From sequence record NC_019399.1: a DNA stretch of 64,000 nucleotides; one strand, written 5' to 3'. Within the stretch, counting starts at the first letter, position 1. Each line of letters opens with the position of its first letter. A program made the translations under genes and the position numbers. Under the pieces are notes generated by a model. The model was not told the origin of the DNA. It was given only the letters and a program-made list of their open reading frames with translations, and ran no database searches. This DNA comes from Escherichia phage vB_EcoM_ACG-C40. Of the stretch, positions 19,855-28,918 are shown in pieces.

Positions 19855-20340
19855 TTATTCCATTTCTATTATATGCATGCTCTTTTTGCTATCAAAATAT
19901 ATGTTTTTAACTGTTAACTCCGAATTAATTGGCAATAAAAACTCTCTTTCATAATCCACCATAGAAAGATTATCATAAAGCTTATTAAGCTTATCATCAT
20001 CAATCTGGCCAGATTCTTCAATTGCGATTAAATTTTCTAAAATTTCAATCATAGCAGTTGAATAGTCAAAAACGTTTGCATTTTTTAACACTATTAAAAC
20101 ATTAGTCATATAGCGTTCTGCTGCAAATGTTTCAGCTATATGAGATTCACTACTAAAGGAAGTTATTCTTTTAAATTTGATTCTCCTATTAACTTCAAAC
20201 TTATGAGATAGTACTTCCTCTATTGCAAGTCCTCTAAAAAGCATGTCTTTAATCTCAAGTTTGTCTTTAATGTAATCATTAACACGCTTATGATTAAAAT
20301 CATTAATTTTGTTGCCAAGGCATTTCATTAAAATATGCAT
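19855..20340 (-). CDS. hypothetical protein, about 161 aa
   Basis: ATG 20340 with SD; track start is TTG; own promoter and terminator. Confidence 0.5.
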   Translation of the reverse strand: MHILMKCLGNKINDFNHKRVNDYIKDKLEIKDMLFRGLAIEEVLSHKFEVNRRIKFKRITSFSSESHIAETFAAERYMTNVLIVLKNANVFDYSTAMIEILENLIAIEESGQIDDDKLNKLYDNLSMVDYEREFLLPINSELTVKNIYFDSKKSMHIIEME

Positions 20341-20387
20341 TGTGTTTCTCTTCAATTTTTAAAGAACGATTAATTAACTACAAATAT

Positions 20388-20417
20388 ATTATAATATGCT
20401 TTATGATAGAAGTAAAC
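20388..20417 (-). promoter_or_regulatory. early promoter (GTTTAC, 18 bp, TATAAT)
   Basis: gtaaac 20412..20417; attata 20388..20393. Confidence 0.6.
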
Positions 20418-20448
20418 AATTTTGTGAAAAATTTTTGAAATAAAAAAG

Positions 20449-20463
20449 AGAGCCCGAAGGCTC
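20449..20463 (-). terminator. intrinsic terminator (GAGCC-UUCG-GGCUC plus U-run)
   Basis: gagcccgaaggctc followed by TTTTTTATTT on the minus strand. Confidence 0.6.
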
Positions 20464-20467
20464 CCTA

Positions 20468-21481
20468 TCATTTATAATAACTTCGGTGGTTTTCAAGATA
20501 AACCCTCTCAAGGAAGTCATCCCAAAAACCCATGTCTACTTTTTGCTGCATACCGTTCTTAGAAGCTTCAGTAGATGCTGCTTCTACTTGATCGACCACA
20601 TCTTCCAAAAACTCTTGAACCGTTTTAAATGGATGTTTACCCAACTTCACGTCGAGAATAAATGGAGCATCTTGGAGTGGATAAACCAAGTCACCAGTTT
20701 TGTAAATTTCCAATAGTTGGAGTCCACCACGGCAAGCATGACTCAGAGCTTTCCAGTCAATACCTTCATTGGCTTCGGCCTTACGAGCACGTTCACCGTA
20801 TTCAGCATCTAATTTGTTCAGTGACTGCTTAAGCTCAATAAGAGAAAGCGTTGTCTGATATTTACGACCCAACACTGTGTAGAACGTCTGTGGGCCTGTT
20901 TTCTCATGATTATGGAACACCCATTCACAGAATTCGTTTTCTGGAAGACGATGCTTAATATCTTCAACTTTAGTACGACGCTGCTTAATAGAACCATCTT
21001 CTTGGTAATCAACCCATTGCTCAGGGATTTGATTAACTACTTTCAATACATCACGTAATGCAGCCAAACGAGAACCCTTAACGCCGTATTTAGAAGCTTG
21101 CTTACGGACATATCCTAAATAGGATTTCATGTTAGTCGTATAAAAACGAGAACGGTTGTCTTGAATAAACTTCCACACATCAGGCAAATCAGATTTAACC
21201 ACTAGTTCAGGTGGAGTGTGAAGCATATCCAATGCTACAGTTTCACCATCTGCTGCTAATTTAAAGAAATACTTAAGACTATACAATTCGTGGTCAATAT
21301 CATCTTTAGTGTTTTTAGATGATGTGTTGTTAGTGTTTTTACTCATGTGCTCTTTAACATTTCCGATAAGAATATCACGAGCAGGAGGAACAAAGATTTC
21401 TTTAAAATCTACATCAGATTCTGGGGTAGAAGTTCCATAAAGATGACTACCAAAATAGCTTTTCATTACTGTTTTCATCAT
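20468..21481 (-). CDS. Pol-beta-superfamily nucleotidyltransferase-like protein
   Basis: 337 aa; N-terminal FGSHLYGTSTPESDVDF (GS...DxD) plus a downstream Asp (ALDMLH). Confidence 0.6.
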   Translation of the reverse strand: MMKTVMKSYFGSHLYGTSTPESDVDFKEIFVPPARDILIGNVKEHMSKNTNNTSSKNTKDDIDHELYSLKYFFKLAADGETVALDMLHTPPELVVKSDLPDVWKFIQDNRSRFYTTNMKSYLGYVRKQASKYGVKGSRLAALRDVLKVVNQIPEQWVDYQEDGSIKQRRTKVEDIKHRLPENEFCEWVFHNHEKTGPQTFYTVLGRKYQTTLSLIELKQSLNKLDAEYGERARKAEANEGIDWKALSHACRGGLQLLEIYKTGDLVYPLQDAPFILDVKLGKHPFKTVQEFLEDVVDQVEAASTEASKNGMQQKVDMGFWDDFLERVYLENHRSYYK

Positions 21482-21939
21482 TCAGCCTTATATTCAATAA
21501 CAGGACATACTTTAGCTTTACGAGCTTTTAAAAATTCAACGATAATCGATTTCTTGGGTTGAATAGGAGGTAAACCTTTATACGCCCTATCAATATTTTC
21601 TACGTGTAAAGCATAATCCTTTTTCCATTTATAATCTTTATATTTTTCACGCAGTTGTGCAGGAATAACAAATGAACCGATAATAAGTAAAACAAGCAAA
21701 ATGGCAAGTATAAATGCTGATGGAATAAGAGTCCATAAACTACCAAAAATAAGCCATTTCTGTATGATTTCTGCGCAGATGATAGTTAGACCTACGAGTA
21801 TAGTACATCCGAAAAAAGAAACGAAAAATGTAGGGATAACAATAGACCAAAAGTATGCGCACAGCGTCTTAGGTCGTTGCCATTCATCGTTAAACAATTT
21901 GAATAATTTATAGTGCCAAGAGTTTTCATTAATAATCAT
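21478..21939 (-). CDS. polytopic membrane protein
   Basis: 153 aa; several hydrophobic helices; ATGA-coupled to the NTase gene. Confidence 0.5.
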   Translation of the reverse strand: MIINENSWHYKLFKLFNDEWQRPKTLCAYFWSIVIPTFFVSFFGCTILVGLTIICAEIIQKWLIFGSLWTLIPSAFILAILLVLLIIGSFVIPAQLREKYKDYKWKKDYALHVENIDRAYKGLPPIQPKKSIIVEFLKARKAKVCPVIEYKAE

Positions 21940-21941
21940 AA

Positions 21942-22463
21942 TTATCCTTTCATTGAAGGCGTAACGGTTGTTAAATACTTAATCATAGCTTCAGCTTCTG
22001 ATTTTGACAATGAAATTTCTCCATTGTTTTGACGAATAGAAATAAAATCCGGATGACGGTCACCACCAGCTTTTAAAACACACATATAAGTATCAACTTC
22101 GCCTTCAATATTTGAAATGATTGAAGCAGTTCCACATGAATGTGGTTTTTGATAAATCAATACAGCTTTTCTTCCACCGTTTGACTGTTCATAAACTTTT
22201 AATACATCAAACAAATCACTTCTTTTATCAATAGCTAAAATGTTATTTTCATCTTCAATGTTAAATCCTTCGGATACTTCATAAAGTGTCACCCATAAAT
22301 CGCCAATATCAATAACAGCGTTCACTTTTCCATGACTTTCAAGAGCATGACAAATTTTCTTGATTTCGTCATAACTCATTTTAATAATATCATCTCCTTG
22401 AATAAGGAAGATGTCATTTTTAAATTCAACACGAATTAAACCACTTCCACTTGAAATAAACAT
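21942..22463 (-). CDS. hypothetical protein, paralog A
   Basis: 173 aa; C-terminus SKSEAEAMIKYLTTVTPSM resembles the next ORF. Confidence 0.5.
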   Translation of the reverse strand: MFISSGSGLIRVEFKNDIFLIQGDDIIKMSYDEIKKICHALESHGKVNAVIDIGDLWVTLYEVSEGFNIEDENNILAIDKRSDLFDVLKVYEQSNGGRKAVLIYQKPHSCGTASIISNIEGEVDTYMCVLKAGGDRHPDFISIRQNNGEISLSKSEAEAMIKYLTTVTPSMKG

Positions 22464-22469
22464 ATTTCC

Positions 22470-23003
22470 TCACTTTGAAATCATAGTTGGAATGACAGAA
22501 TCGAGATAAGTCTTTAGCGCAATAGCTTCGTCTTTGGTAAATGTGACAATATACGATCGAAAATCATCAATTTGACGAATAGTTAAGACATCACCATCTT
22601 CATAGCATTTTGATACGTTTAAAACAGTTTCATCATTCTGATTGCAAGCGTTAGTAATAATAGCATTGCAATTTTTGAGCCATTTTAAACTATGTTTTCT
22701 TTCATTAGAATAATAAAAATATTTAATCTTATCTATAAAACTATCCCAATGGATAACTGATAAACACATTGACTCACTTTTAATATTAAATCCTGGGCAT
22801 GAAGAATAAAAATGAATTTTGTGCTCATCATTGATGCTTACTATTTTATCAGTATAAGGATATTCAATTTGGGTTAAATGAATGATTTCACTAGGCGTAA
22901 AATATAGCATATCGTCTTCTTGCGTCAAACGATACATGTTATTTACTTTTTCTATAGCCAATTCACCAAAAAGCGGACTAACTTCTAATACTAATCGTTT
23001 CAT
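22470..23003 (-). CDS. hypothetical protein, paralog B
   Basis: ATG 23003 with AAAGGA SD; C-terminus TKDEAIALKTYLDSVIPTM. Confidence 0.5.
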   Translation of the reverse strand: MKRLVLEVSPLFGELAIEKVNNMYRLTQEDDMLYFTPSEIIHLTQIEYPYTDKIVSINDEHKIHFYSSCPGFNIKSESMCLSVIHWDSFIDKIKYFYYSNERKHSLKWLKNCNAIITNACNQNDETVLNVSKCYEDGDVLTIRQIDDFRSYIVTFTKDEAIALKTYLDSVIPTMISK

Positions 23004-23004
23004 A

Positions 23005-23271
23005 TTAATCCTTTTTATTGGCACGAATTTGTTCTAAAATTTTAGAATATTCCTTTGTATCAGATTTACGTACAATTGATACACTATAAGGCATACTATC
23101 GGTGTCTTTTATAAAGCGTTCCAAATGACACTCTAACAAAATTTCTGGATTATAAATCGTGTACATCAAATTACCTGTTGCTCCACGATATTGGCAGATT
23201 TCTACTGATTGAACACCATTCCATAATTTTGTTAAAACTAAATCACCTACTTCTAATTTAGGAAAGCCCAT
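23005..23271 (-). CDS. hypothetical protein
   Basis: track ORF starts at TTG; first ATG at 23271. Confidence 0.4.
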   Translation of the reverse strand: MGFPKLEVGDLVLTKLWNGVQSVEICQYRGATGNLMYTIYNPEILLECHLERFIKDTDSMPYSVSIVRKSDTKEYSKILEQIRANKKD

Positions 23272-23272
23272 G

Positions 23273-23458
23273 TTATTCACCAATTAAAGTTTCAATATAA
23301 GAATCAAGATTTACTTTAGCTTCTTCCATAAGAGTTTTGTATTTAATCTTGTTAGCATGTCCGGAGAAAGCTGATTCATCAATAATTGTTGATGTATGAA
23401 CAGCTTTACTATACGTCTCAATTAATTCTCTTAATTTAAAAGCCTGCTCACTTGTCAT
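23273..23458 (-). CDS. hypothetical protein
   Basis: 61 aa ORF downstream of a promoter. Confidence 0.4.
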   Translation of the reverse strand: MTSEQAFKLRELIETYSKAVHTSTIIDESAFSGHANKIKYKTLMEEAKVNLDSYIETLIGE

Positions 23459-23590
23459 TACATACTCCTTTGAATAATATCAATAATGTTGTTCACCAGA
23501 TTATAAGTAAACATTGGGTAATTATATTGAATCATCACATACACAACAAACAAAACTTTCATTCTCTTCTCCTTGGCAGTCGACAAGATT

Positions 23591-23620
23591 ACTATACCAT
23601 AACCTTGCCAACTTGTAAAC
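23591..23620 (-). promoter_or_regulatory. early promoter (GTTTAC, 18 bp, TATAGT)
   Basis: gtaaac 23615..23620; actata 23591..23596. Confidence 0.5.
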
Positions 23621-23623
23621 CAT

Positions 23624-23796
23624 TAAATGACGTTTTCGATAAAATTCTGAAGCTTTGTATGAGCATCAACCATGATTTTCATTTCTTCCTTTGCGAAAGC
23701 TGTACCTCTTTCCCGAGCAGAATACTCATAGTCAGAAACTGCATTAGCATATTCTTCAATTAGCTTCATTAAAAACATCTGCTTTTCAGTTTTCAT
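23624..23796 (-). CDS. small ORF, 57 aa
   Basis: hand translation MKTEKQMFLMKLIEEYANAV...; AGGTGG SD; not in ORF track. Confidence 0.35.
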
Positions 23797-23980
23797 TATT
23801 CCACCTAATCATTTCAAGATATTGAACTAACTTAGCTTTGGATTTATCCAAATCCTTTTTAGCTGCTTCTATACCGTCGTATGAATATCCTTCACAATGC
23901 TCAACTGCTAATTGGTATGAATCTATTTCAATATCACGTGCTAATTTAATAATTTTTTCAAACTGTTCACGTGTTAGCAT
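23786..23980 (-). CDS. hypothetical protein
   Basis: 64 aa ORF. Confidence 0.4.
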   Translation of the reverse strand: MLTREQFEKIIKLARDIEIDSYQLAVEHCEGYSYDGIEAAKKDLDKSKAKLVQYLEMIRWNNEN

Positions 23981-23982
23981 AA

Positions 23983-24222
23983 TTAAACTCTCGTATTATG
24001 ATCGATAATTTCATCAAGAAACATATCTAACGCTTCTAAAGCATTATCAACTTTAGCTTCAAATTTTTCAATACCTTTATTTGCAATGCCTGCCGAAAAC
24101 CAAGCAAAGTCACTAAGTTCCTCATCTGCTTTGCGAATTAAAGCTACCAATTCTTTAATTTTATCTGCTTGTTCAATTCTAGTCATTATTCCACCACATA
24201 TGAAAGAGAGAATATTGCACAC
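23983..24222 (-). CDS. hypothetical protein
   Basis: 79 aa ORF. Confidence 0.4.
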   Translation of the reverse strand: MCNILSFICGGIMTRIEQADKIKELVALIRKADEELSDFAWFSAGIANKGIEKFEAKVDNALEALDMFLDEIIDHNTRV

Positions 24223-24374
24223 GCCATATGAGTTGCAGCTTCATCACACATATCATAACGTTTCTTAAGAAGTTCTACAAGTTCTTCACTAGTAACTTCA
24301 TCCATGTCGACGAAAAAATCACCATTAATGATGACGTAGATATTTCCTTCTTGATTAAGTGCTTCAATTTTCAT
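24186..24374 (-). CDS. hypothetical acidic protein
   Basis: ATG 24374 with AAAGAGGAG SD; the track's TTG start lies inside the promoter. Confidence 0.45.
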   Translation of the reverse strand: MKIEALNQEGNIYVIINGDFFVDMDEVTSEELVELLKKRYDMCDEAATHMACAIFSLSYVVE

Positions 24375-24402
24375 GATGTTCTCCTCTTTATCCGATAGTT
24401 GT

Positions 24403-24432
24403 ATAGTATCACAGCTCAAATGGAAAGTAAAC
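24403..24432 (-). promoter_or_regulatory. early promoter (GTTTAC, 18 bp, TACTAT)
   Basis: gtaaac 24427..24432; atagta 24403..24408. Confidence 0.6.
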
Positions 24433-24447
24433 CGGTAAAATGAAAAA

Positions 24448-24465
24448 AGTCTCCCGAAGGAGACT
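24448..24465 (-). terminator. intrinsic terminator (UCUCC-UUCG-GGAGA plus U-run)
   Basis: agtctcccgaaggagact then TTTTTTC on the minus strand. Confidence 0.6.
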
Positions 24466-24469
24466 AATG

Positions 24470-24856
24470 TTATTCGAGGGAAAGAAGATACTTACTCTGG
24501 TAAAACATTCCAGTAATATCATCTATCGTGCTTTGAATAGCTGGAGGCATTTCTTTGTAAATTCTGTTAGATTGGTCTAGTATGCGATCAATCATTTTAA
24601 TTGTGTCGGTAGGAAGTTTACTGGCATCTGGAATTGAAGGTGTGTATTTTCTACCAGAATACCCCAAATATTGCTCACCAAATTTATCAATCAAATCTGG
24701 CAACTCGGAGAAAATAAAATCGTATGCTTTGTGTCTAGCATAACTTTTAGTTTCAAAATGTGCAGAATGAAAATAAGCTTGTGCAGCCATTAATAAACCC
24801 AAGTATTCATCTGCCTTTGAAGGTTTTCCACTTTGTGAAAAGTCGCTGAATTTCAT
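24470..24856 (-). CDS. hypothetical protein (rI.-1 position)
   Basis: 128 aa ORF downstream of rI. Confidence 0.5.
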   Translation of the reverse strand: MKFSDFSQSGKPSKADEYLGLLMAAQAYFHSAHFETKSYARHKAYDFIFSELPDLIDKFGEQYLGYSGRKYTPSIPDASKLPTDTIKMIDRILDQSNRIYKEMPPAIQSTIDDITGMFYQSKYLLSLE

Positions 24857-25146
24857 TCAGTCTCCAATTTAATGTTCATAATTCTAGCGTATGATTGTGC
24901 CATCTCCGCGCCTCGTTCTATACATTCAAAATCAGAAGAGCACGGGTCATTTTTATAGGTCGTTCTCATAAAACTATAGAATTGTTCAGACGATTCTACG
25001 CTTTTATTTTCAAAAAGCATATAAACGCGCCTAATACCAGATTCCATAAATTTATCAAAATGAGGATCGACATTCGCTTCAATCGATGGAGATAAAACAA
25101 ATGACAATCCTAGCATGGCAAATAGTGCCGTTGCTTTTAAGGCCAT
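24853..25146 (-). CDS. rI: lysis-inhibition regulator rI
   Basis: 97 aa; N-terminal signal/anchor MALKATALFAMLGLSFVLSPS; matches T4 rI as recalled. Confidence 0.85.
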   Translation of the reverse strand: MALKATALFAMLGLSFVLSPSIEANVDPHFDKFMESGIRRVYMLFENKSVESSEQFYSFMRTTYKNDPCSSDFECIERGAEMAQSYARIMNIKLETE

Positions 25147-25158
25147 AAAGGCCTCCTA

Positions 25159-25371
25159 TCATTTTTGCCCTGTATTTACTTTATGCCGATGCACGGCCTT
25201 AACTTTATCAAGGTATTTTTCAAAATTTCGCAATCTAGTATAGTCTGCCGGAGATTGGTTGAGTGATACTTCTCGACGCAAAGCTGAAATGATATTTCCA
25301 ACTTCCCTACGAATTTCATCTAATTGAAGAACAGTAAGATTGCGAAGTTGCTTTTCAGTTAATTGTAGCAT
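25159..25371 (-). CDS. hypothetical protein (rI.1-like)
   Basis: 70 aa ORF. Confidence 0.45.
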
Positions 25372-25413
25372 ATATACCCCTTTAGTTAGATAAACCTATT
25401 TATAACTTTTGCA

Positions 25414-25995
25414 CTAACCAAGCTTTTTAGTTAATTCATTCCAATGTTTTCTACACAAAGAAACATAAATTTCATCACCAATACAGATTTGATTACCTTC
25501 TTTAACTGGTGTTCCATCTTCCATTAATCGAGCTGTCATAATCGCTTTTTTACCACAATGACAAACTGCCTTTAGTTCAATAAGTTTATCTGCAATCGCT
25601 AAAAGTTCTTTAGAACCTTCAAACAATTTTCCGGCGAAATCAGTCCTTAATCCATAAGCCATAACAGGAACATTATATGTATCAACAATTCGACTCAATT
25701 GATGCACTTGTTCAGTTTTTAAAAACTGAGCTTCATCTACAAATACGCAATGAATATCTTTTTGTGCTTCAGCCCATTTATAGAACTCGAAAATATCCAT
25801 ATCATCTGTAATAATATTCGCTTCCTGTTTAATTCCAATGCGAGAAACGACTTCGCAGACAGAATCGCGAGTATCAATAGCAGGCTTAAGAACTAATACA
25901 CTCATTCCACGTTCTTTATAATTATGTGCAGCAGTCAAAAGAGAAGCAGATTTTCCAGCATTCATTGCTGCATAAGTAAAAATTAAACTCGCCAT
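25414..25995 (-). CDS. tk: thymidine kinase
   Basis: 193 aa; P-loop AMNAGKS; C-terminal Cys pairs. Confidence 0.93.
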   Translation of the reverse strand: MASLIFTYAAMNAGKSASLLTAAHNYKERGMSVLVLKPAIDTRDSVCEVVSRIGIKQEANIITDDMDIFEFYKWAEAQKDIHCVFVDEAQFLKTEQVHQLSRIVDTYNVPVMAYGLRTDFAGKLFEGSKELLAIADKLIELKAVCHCGKKAIMTARLMEDGTPVKEGNQICIGDEIYVSLCRKHWNELTKKLG

Positions 25996-26004
25996 ATCAC
26001 CTTC

Positions 26005-26190
26005 TTAAAGCGTATTCACATAAGCTATTAATTCATTTTCTTTCTTATCAAACCGATCAGCAAATTCTTCCTGCTGTTCGGGAGATAACGGGCCGTATTC
26101 ATCATAAAAGGTGTTTGCTTCTGTATGCTCATCTAGAAGTTCATGGATAAGCTCAAATAATTTATCTTTTTGTTCTTTACTCAGACTCAT
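26005..26190 (-). CDS. hypothetical acidic protein (tk.1-like)
   Basis: 61 aa ORF. Confidence 0.45.
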   Translation of the reverse strand: MSLSKEQKDKLFELIHELLDEHTEANTFYDEYGPLSPEQQEEFADRFDKKENELIAYVNTL

Positions 26191-26360
26191 ATATTAATTT
26201 CCAAAAGTTTTAAAATAATTCGCTTTTGCTTAAATATTTCCACAGTTAAATGATCAGTATCTTTTTGACCAATTCCAATGGCAAAACCTTTATTAACAGC
26301 GAGTTCAATTAAATTATCAAGCTCACGTAACACTTCATACTGTAACTCAAAACTATTCAT
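26187..26360 (-). CDS. small ORF, 57 aa
   Basis: hand translation MNSFELQYEVLRELDNLIELAVNKG...; ATGA-coupled at both ends; not in ORF track. Confidence 0.35.
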   Translation of the reverse strand: MNSFELQYEVLRELDNLIELAVNKGFAIGIGQKDTDHLTVEIFKQKRIILKLLEINI

Positions 26361-26569
26361 TTCGGTTTACCTTCTTTAACGAAATCTGGATAAGGATAAA
26401 ATCCCGAATAAAATCCTTCACCTTTATGATTGATGCATCCTTTATTAGAACAATAGCACCAATAATCGAAATCACAAGCCATTTCATCGTTGCATAAAGC
26501 AAAAACAACTGGCCATTTACACTTTTCACAATGGGCATTTTTAAGAATACTAGTTTGGCTCATAACCAT
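26357..26569 (-). CDS. Cys-rich small protein (putative zinc binding)
   Basis: 70 aa; CEKCK...CNDEMACDFDYWCYCSNKGC. Confidence 0.5.
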   Translation of the reverse strand: MVMSQTSILKNAHCEKCKWPVVFALCNDEMACDFDYWCYCSNKGCINHKGEGFYSGFYPYPDFVKEGKPK

Positions 26570-26787
26570 GTAACCTTTAAGCAGTATTCTTCTACATGCT
26601 GTTTACGACCTTTCTTATCAATAAAGGTATATTCAACGAATGTTCCAATGTAGTCTTTATCTACATCATGTAGGCTATTAATTGGGCATTTAGTACGGCA
26701 AATGCGTTCCCATTGACGAATAATTACTGCCTTATTCTTTGGGTCATATGGATGTGGATAATGTATATTCATAATAACGGTTCCCAA
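26560..26787 (-). CDS. hypothetical protein
   Basis: 75 aa ORF. Confidence 0.45.
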   Translation of the reverse strand: MGTVIMNIHYPHPYDPKNKAVIIRQWERICRTKCPINSLHDVDKDYIGTFVEYTFIDKKGRKQHVEEYCLKVTWL

Positions 26788-27236
26788 TCAACAATCACAA
26801 TTTCTAATTTAGAGGAATATGTATCTAAAATCCCCTCAATAATATCCCAGTTCCCTTTACCTATGCCTGCACCAATCCTAGGCATATAGATTGTAGGTTT
26901 AATCAGTTTATTTTCACCAAACTCATTTAATTCTAACATACAATTCATTAAAGCGGAATACTCAAAATTTGGCCCTGGTTGAAATTGAGTATAAAGGTTG
27001 AAGCAATACGCTTTATGAGTCCTAAAGTATTTTTCATAGACTGAGTAAGAACCGAGTTTAGTTACATCACCCCATTCAGTCTGTAATTTATCAGCTTCCA
27101 AAATTTTAGGGAAAGCTTTGGTTAATTGACCCGCTACGCCTGAACCCATAGTATGAAAACAATTGCATCCATGCGCAATATTTTTACCTTCAGCGAAAAG
27201 GGCGACAATATCGCCCTTGATATATTTTACAATCAT
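26769..27236 (-). CDS. macro-domain-like protein (putative ADP-ribose binding/hydrolase)
   Basis: 155 aa; GDI...IAHGCNC...MGSGVAGQL, ...FQPGP..., ...RIGAGIGKGNW pattern resembles macro-domain motifs. Confidence 0.5.
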   Translation of the reverse strand: MIVKYIKGDIVALFAEGKNIAHGCNCFHTMGSGVAGQLTKAFPKILEADKLQTEWGDVTKLGSYSVYEKYFRTHKAYCFNLYTQFQPGPNFEYSALMNCMLELNEFGENKLIKPTIYMPRIGAGIGKGNWDIIEGILDTYSSKLEIVIVDWEPLL

Positions 27237-27574
27237 CTAGTACTCAATCCTCGATTATAAGAATCTACCAAACGGTCAACCATTGAATGACAAGCGGCTT
27301 TATCTTTCTCCTCCGCAACTGAACATTCTAAGGTATTCCACTTTTTAGCATATCGTTTTAATAATGTATCGTTTTTGTATCTGCTTGATTTATCTCTTTC
27401 TCCGTCTTTATATGCATATATTAATTTCTGTGCAAATTCAGCTTGGCATGCTTTATTTTTCCCACAATAATCTGCCGCAGTGCGGTTTACATATTCTCTA
27501 ATTTCAGTATATGATGTATCTGCTAACGCAGAAAATGAAATTAATCCTATACATAAAACCAAAATTTTAGTCAT
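27233..27574 (-). CDS. secreted Cys-containing protein (possibly vs by position)
   Basis: 113 aa; N-terminal signal peptide MTKILVLCIGLISFSALA. Confidence 0.45.
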   Translation of the reverse strand: MTKILVLCIGLISFSALADTSYTEIREYVNRTAADYCGKNKACQAEFAQKLIYAYKDGERDKSSRYKNDTLLKRYAKKWNTLECSVAEEKDKAACHSMVDRLVDSYNRGLSTR

Positions 27575-27577
27575 TTA

Positions 27578-28111
27578 CTATTCCAAAAGTTTATTATTTT
27601 TAAGGTAATTAGCCTTTTCTAGGACTTCAGAAGCATATTTAGAACCTGCTTTAACATTCCATCCCGAATTATAAGAGGATATTGCTTTTCTTATATCGCC
27701 CTTATGTATATTTAACCAATAAGAAAGTTCAATGTACGCCCAGGAAGCTGAATTGGATCGTTTATTCAACATTCTTTTTATTTCAGCATCGGTCATATTA
27801 TAACCAAGTTCCTTAACTCTTGCTCGCATAGTAGGCAAATAATTTTGGAACATTCCATAAGCGTGATGCTTTGGTTTAGATTTTAAATTAACTCCGCCAG
27901 AGCTTTCTTGCCATAAAATAGCAGCCATTATATGACCTAATCCGCTCTTGTGGATATTTTTGTGTGTTTTATATTTTCCATCCTTAGAAAATTGTTCCCC
28001 GAATTGATACGCGTAACGCATGTTATCGAGTTGGACATTACTGAAAGTATGCTCGGAGCTATGTGCCATCATTGAAATGGCCAATAGACCAGCGAGTAGT
28101 GCTTTTCTCAT
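27578..28111 (-). CDS. periplasmic lytic-transglycosylase-like protein (SLT domain)
   Basis: 177 aa; signal peptide; WQESSG, YGMFQ and YNSG motifs. Confidence 0.55.
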   Translation of the reverse strand: MRKALLAGLLAISMMAHSSEHTFSNVQLDNMRYAYQFGEQFSKDGKYKTHKNIHKSGLGHIMAAILWQESSGGVNLKSKPKHHAYGMFQNYLPTMRARVKELGYNMTDAEIKRMLNKRSNSASWAYIELSYWLNIHKGDIRKAISSYNSGWNVKAGSKYASEVLEKANYLKNNKLLE

Positions 28112-28118
28112 GCTTACC

Positions 28119-28580
28119 TCATTGAGTTTTAATTACTGCTTTAGAAGCCTTTCCTGGTAAACGACGACTGTTGATAATTGCCATCCTGCATTGAAGTGAC
28201 GGGTTTTTGAACTTCTCATTAGGCTTACAAACCGTAAATCCAAGCCAAAGATTTCCATCTGTGATTTCTAAACGTCCAGGACGATATTCAACCCCATCAA
28301 TAAAATCCTCGTCAATGTCAGGACGCGGAGGCATACTCAGGAATTCATTAACTTCTAAAACATGGTCTTTTATTTTATGGAATAATTCAAAAACATATGT
28401 CTCATCAATCTCCCGTTGAATTGCACGATCAAGAAGATGCTGAGAATATTTTAGATGAAACGATGAGACCCCTGCTGCTTTTGATGCCTCACGAATCTCA
28501 TTGTTAATTTGACGAAACTCCGACTCAAAGTGACGACGAAGCTTATTTCTACGGATAAAAACTTCTGTATTGATAGTCAT
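28119..28580 (-). CDS. regB: site-specific RNA endonuclease RegB
   Basis: 153 aa; matches T4 RegB length and sequence as recalled. Confidence 0.8.
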   Translation of the reverse strand: MTINTEVFIRRNKLRRHFESEFRQINNEIREASKAAGVSSFHLKYSQHLLDRAIQREIDETYVFELFHKIKDHVLEVNEFLSMPPRPDIDEDFIDGVEYRPGRLEITDGNLWLGFTVCKPNEKFKNPSLQCRMAIINSRRLPGKASKAVIKTQ

Positions 28581-28639
28581 GTTATTCTCCTCTTAACTGA
28601 TAGAAAAATTATACCACAGTCAAGAGGAAAAGTAAACAG

Positions 28640-28918
28640 TTATTCTTTAAATCTAATCAATTTATTCATAGACTTTGTAACTTCTGCACGAACCTCATGT
28701 AAGTTTTTAAGCTGTTCAAGACGTTGCTCATAGTAAGCAATTTCATCTTCTTCGAGGCAGTCCTGTGAATCTTCTTTAAGATAACGTGCATAGTCCTGGA
28801 AAGCTTTACGGACTACTTCCTGGAAGTCATCAAGACTTTGAATTTTCTTAGGAGCAACAGATACACGACGAGGGGCAGTATAATACTCATAACCAAACCC
28901 TGCGCTTAATTGAGCCAT
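28640..28918 (-). CDS. hypothetical protein
   Basis: ATG 28918 overlaps the upstream stop (TAATG); track start is GTG. Confidence 0.45.
   Translation of the reverse strand: MAQLSAGFGYEYYTAPRRVSVAPKKIQSLDDFQEVVRKAFQDYARYLKEDSQDCLEEDEIAYYEQRLEQLKNLHEVRAEVTKSMNKLIRFKE

Noticed and set aside
23507-23512. Second gtaaac hexamer as a possible early promoter -35
   Set aside because: The only TATAAT-like sequence is immediately adjacent; the 18-bp spacer seen in all other promoters is absent.
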